This document shows, in pieces, positions 6,411 to 7,002 of a stretch of 7,002 nucleotides of DNA (the stretch's first letter is position 1; each line of letters begins with the position of its first letter). A program made the translations under genes and the position numbers. The notes under the pieces were generated by a model. The model was not told the DNA's origin. It did no database searches and was given only the letters and a program-made list of their open reading frames with translations. This DNA comes from Amoeboradix gromovi X-113 (lineage: Eukaryota > Fungi > Sanchytriomycota), in NCBI GenBank assembly GCA_018985225.1, contig JADGIF010000534.1:1-7002 (forward strand), written 5' to 3'.

Positions 6411-7002
6411 TGCCCTTTTTTGGCATATGTTAAATGGCTTCATGTCAATCTAGTTGATAGTCAAGCGATTCTATACTCATCTACAGAATAACTATAAAAG
6501 ACGTCTAAAGTAACCACTGTACTACTGCACAGTCTTATAAAACAGAGCACCATAGCTTTGGATACTGTTTCGTTAGGGAGATAATAGCCTAATGTCTCTT
6601 TGTCTTTCTATAGTCTTTGAATCCCTCATATCTAGTTCTCCTGGAGAGTGCTGTATTGTGTTGGGCTATTACGTGAAACTGAATCGCCCGATAGTTTACG
6701 GAGTAAATTAGACCTTTTATCTGATTACATAGTTCAAAATTCACTTATCTTCACTGCTTTCGTTGCTAAAACTGGCAATTCTCATGGACACTCAAATATG
6801 GATTAATCTCTTATCCAGTCTCTGAGATCGTACAGGTTATATCAATATAAACCATGTAGGATTAGTCCGGGTGCACTAATTCAATCAACAAAAATACTGA
6901 TTCGAAGCTGCCTTTTGTAGTATTGGGGTATTCAAGGGCGAAAATCAATATTTCAAAATTGTAATTGTAGAGGATTGTGCAAACATATTTTGGTCAGATA
7001 GT

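Noticed and set aside
6409-6427. TATGCC-N7-GGCATA hairpin after the SH3 gene
   Set aside because: Only a 6-bp stem, and intrinsic terminators are not expected in this eukaryotic context.
6909-6920. GCCTTTT (U5 loop-like) here and CTTACCT (U1-like) near 903-910 on the minus strand
   Set aside because: The invariant U5 loop GCCTTTTAC is not matched, and the other U1/U5 elements are absent.
6957-6998. CNCRGLCKHILV, a SWIM-finger-like peptide (MULE transposase remnant?)
   Set aside because: The Cys spacing is too short for SWIM, it is flanked by stops, and no transposase motifs or terminal repeats are seen.

Overview
AT-rich eukaryotic nuclear DNA (about one-third GC by eye) using the standard genetic code. 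Six tightly packed genes lie between 1111 and 6383: a ZnT/SLC30 (CDF) zinc transporter (+), a CFAP97/Hemingway-domain ciliary protein (-), the WD40 protein EIPR1/TSSC1 (-), the basal-body protein FOPNL/FOR20/CEP20 (+), aminoacylase-1 (-) and a short Bem1/Scd2-like SH3 protein (+). The spacers between coding regions are only 18, 117, 134, 1 and 187 bp. The best-supported unusual feature is a 19-nt GT-AG spliceosomal intron (3203-3221) that joins two ORF-track entries into one 315-aa EIPR1. Every gene also has an A(A/G)TAAA hexamer on or beside its stop codon, including a palindromic two-way signal where two stop codons are 1 nt apart. The gene mix suggests a flagellated, genome-compacted early-diverging fungus or close relative (inference). 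The flanks (1-1110 and 6384-7002) contain no recognisable gene. I see no RNA gene, CRISPR array, mobile element or multi-gene novel pathway. All family calls come from remembered motifs, not from database searches.
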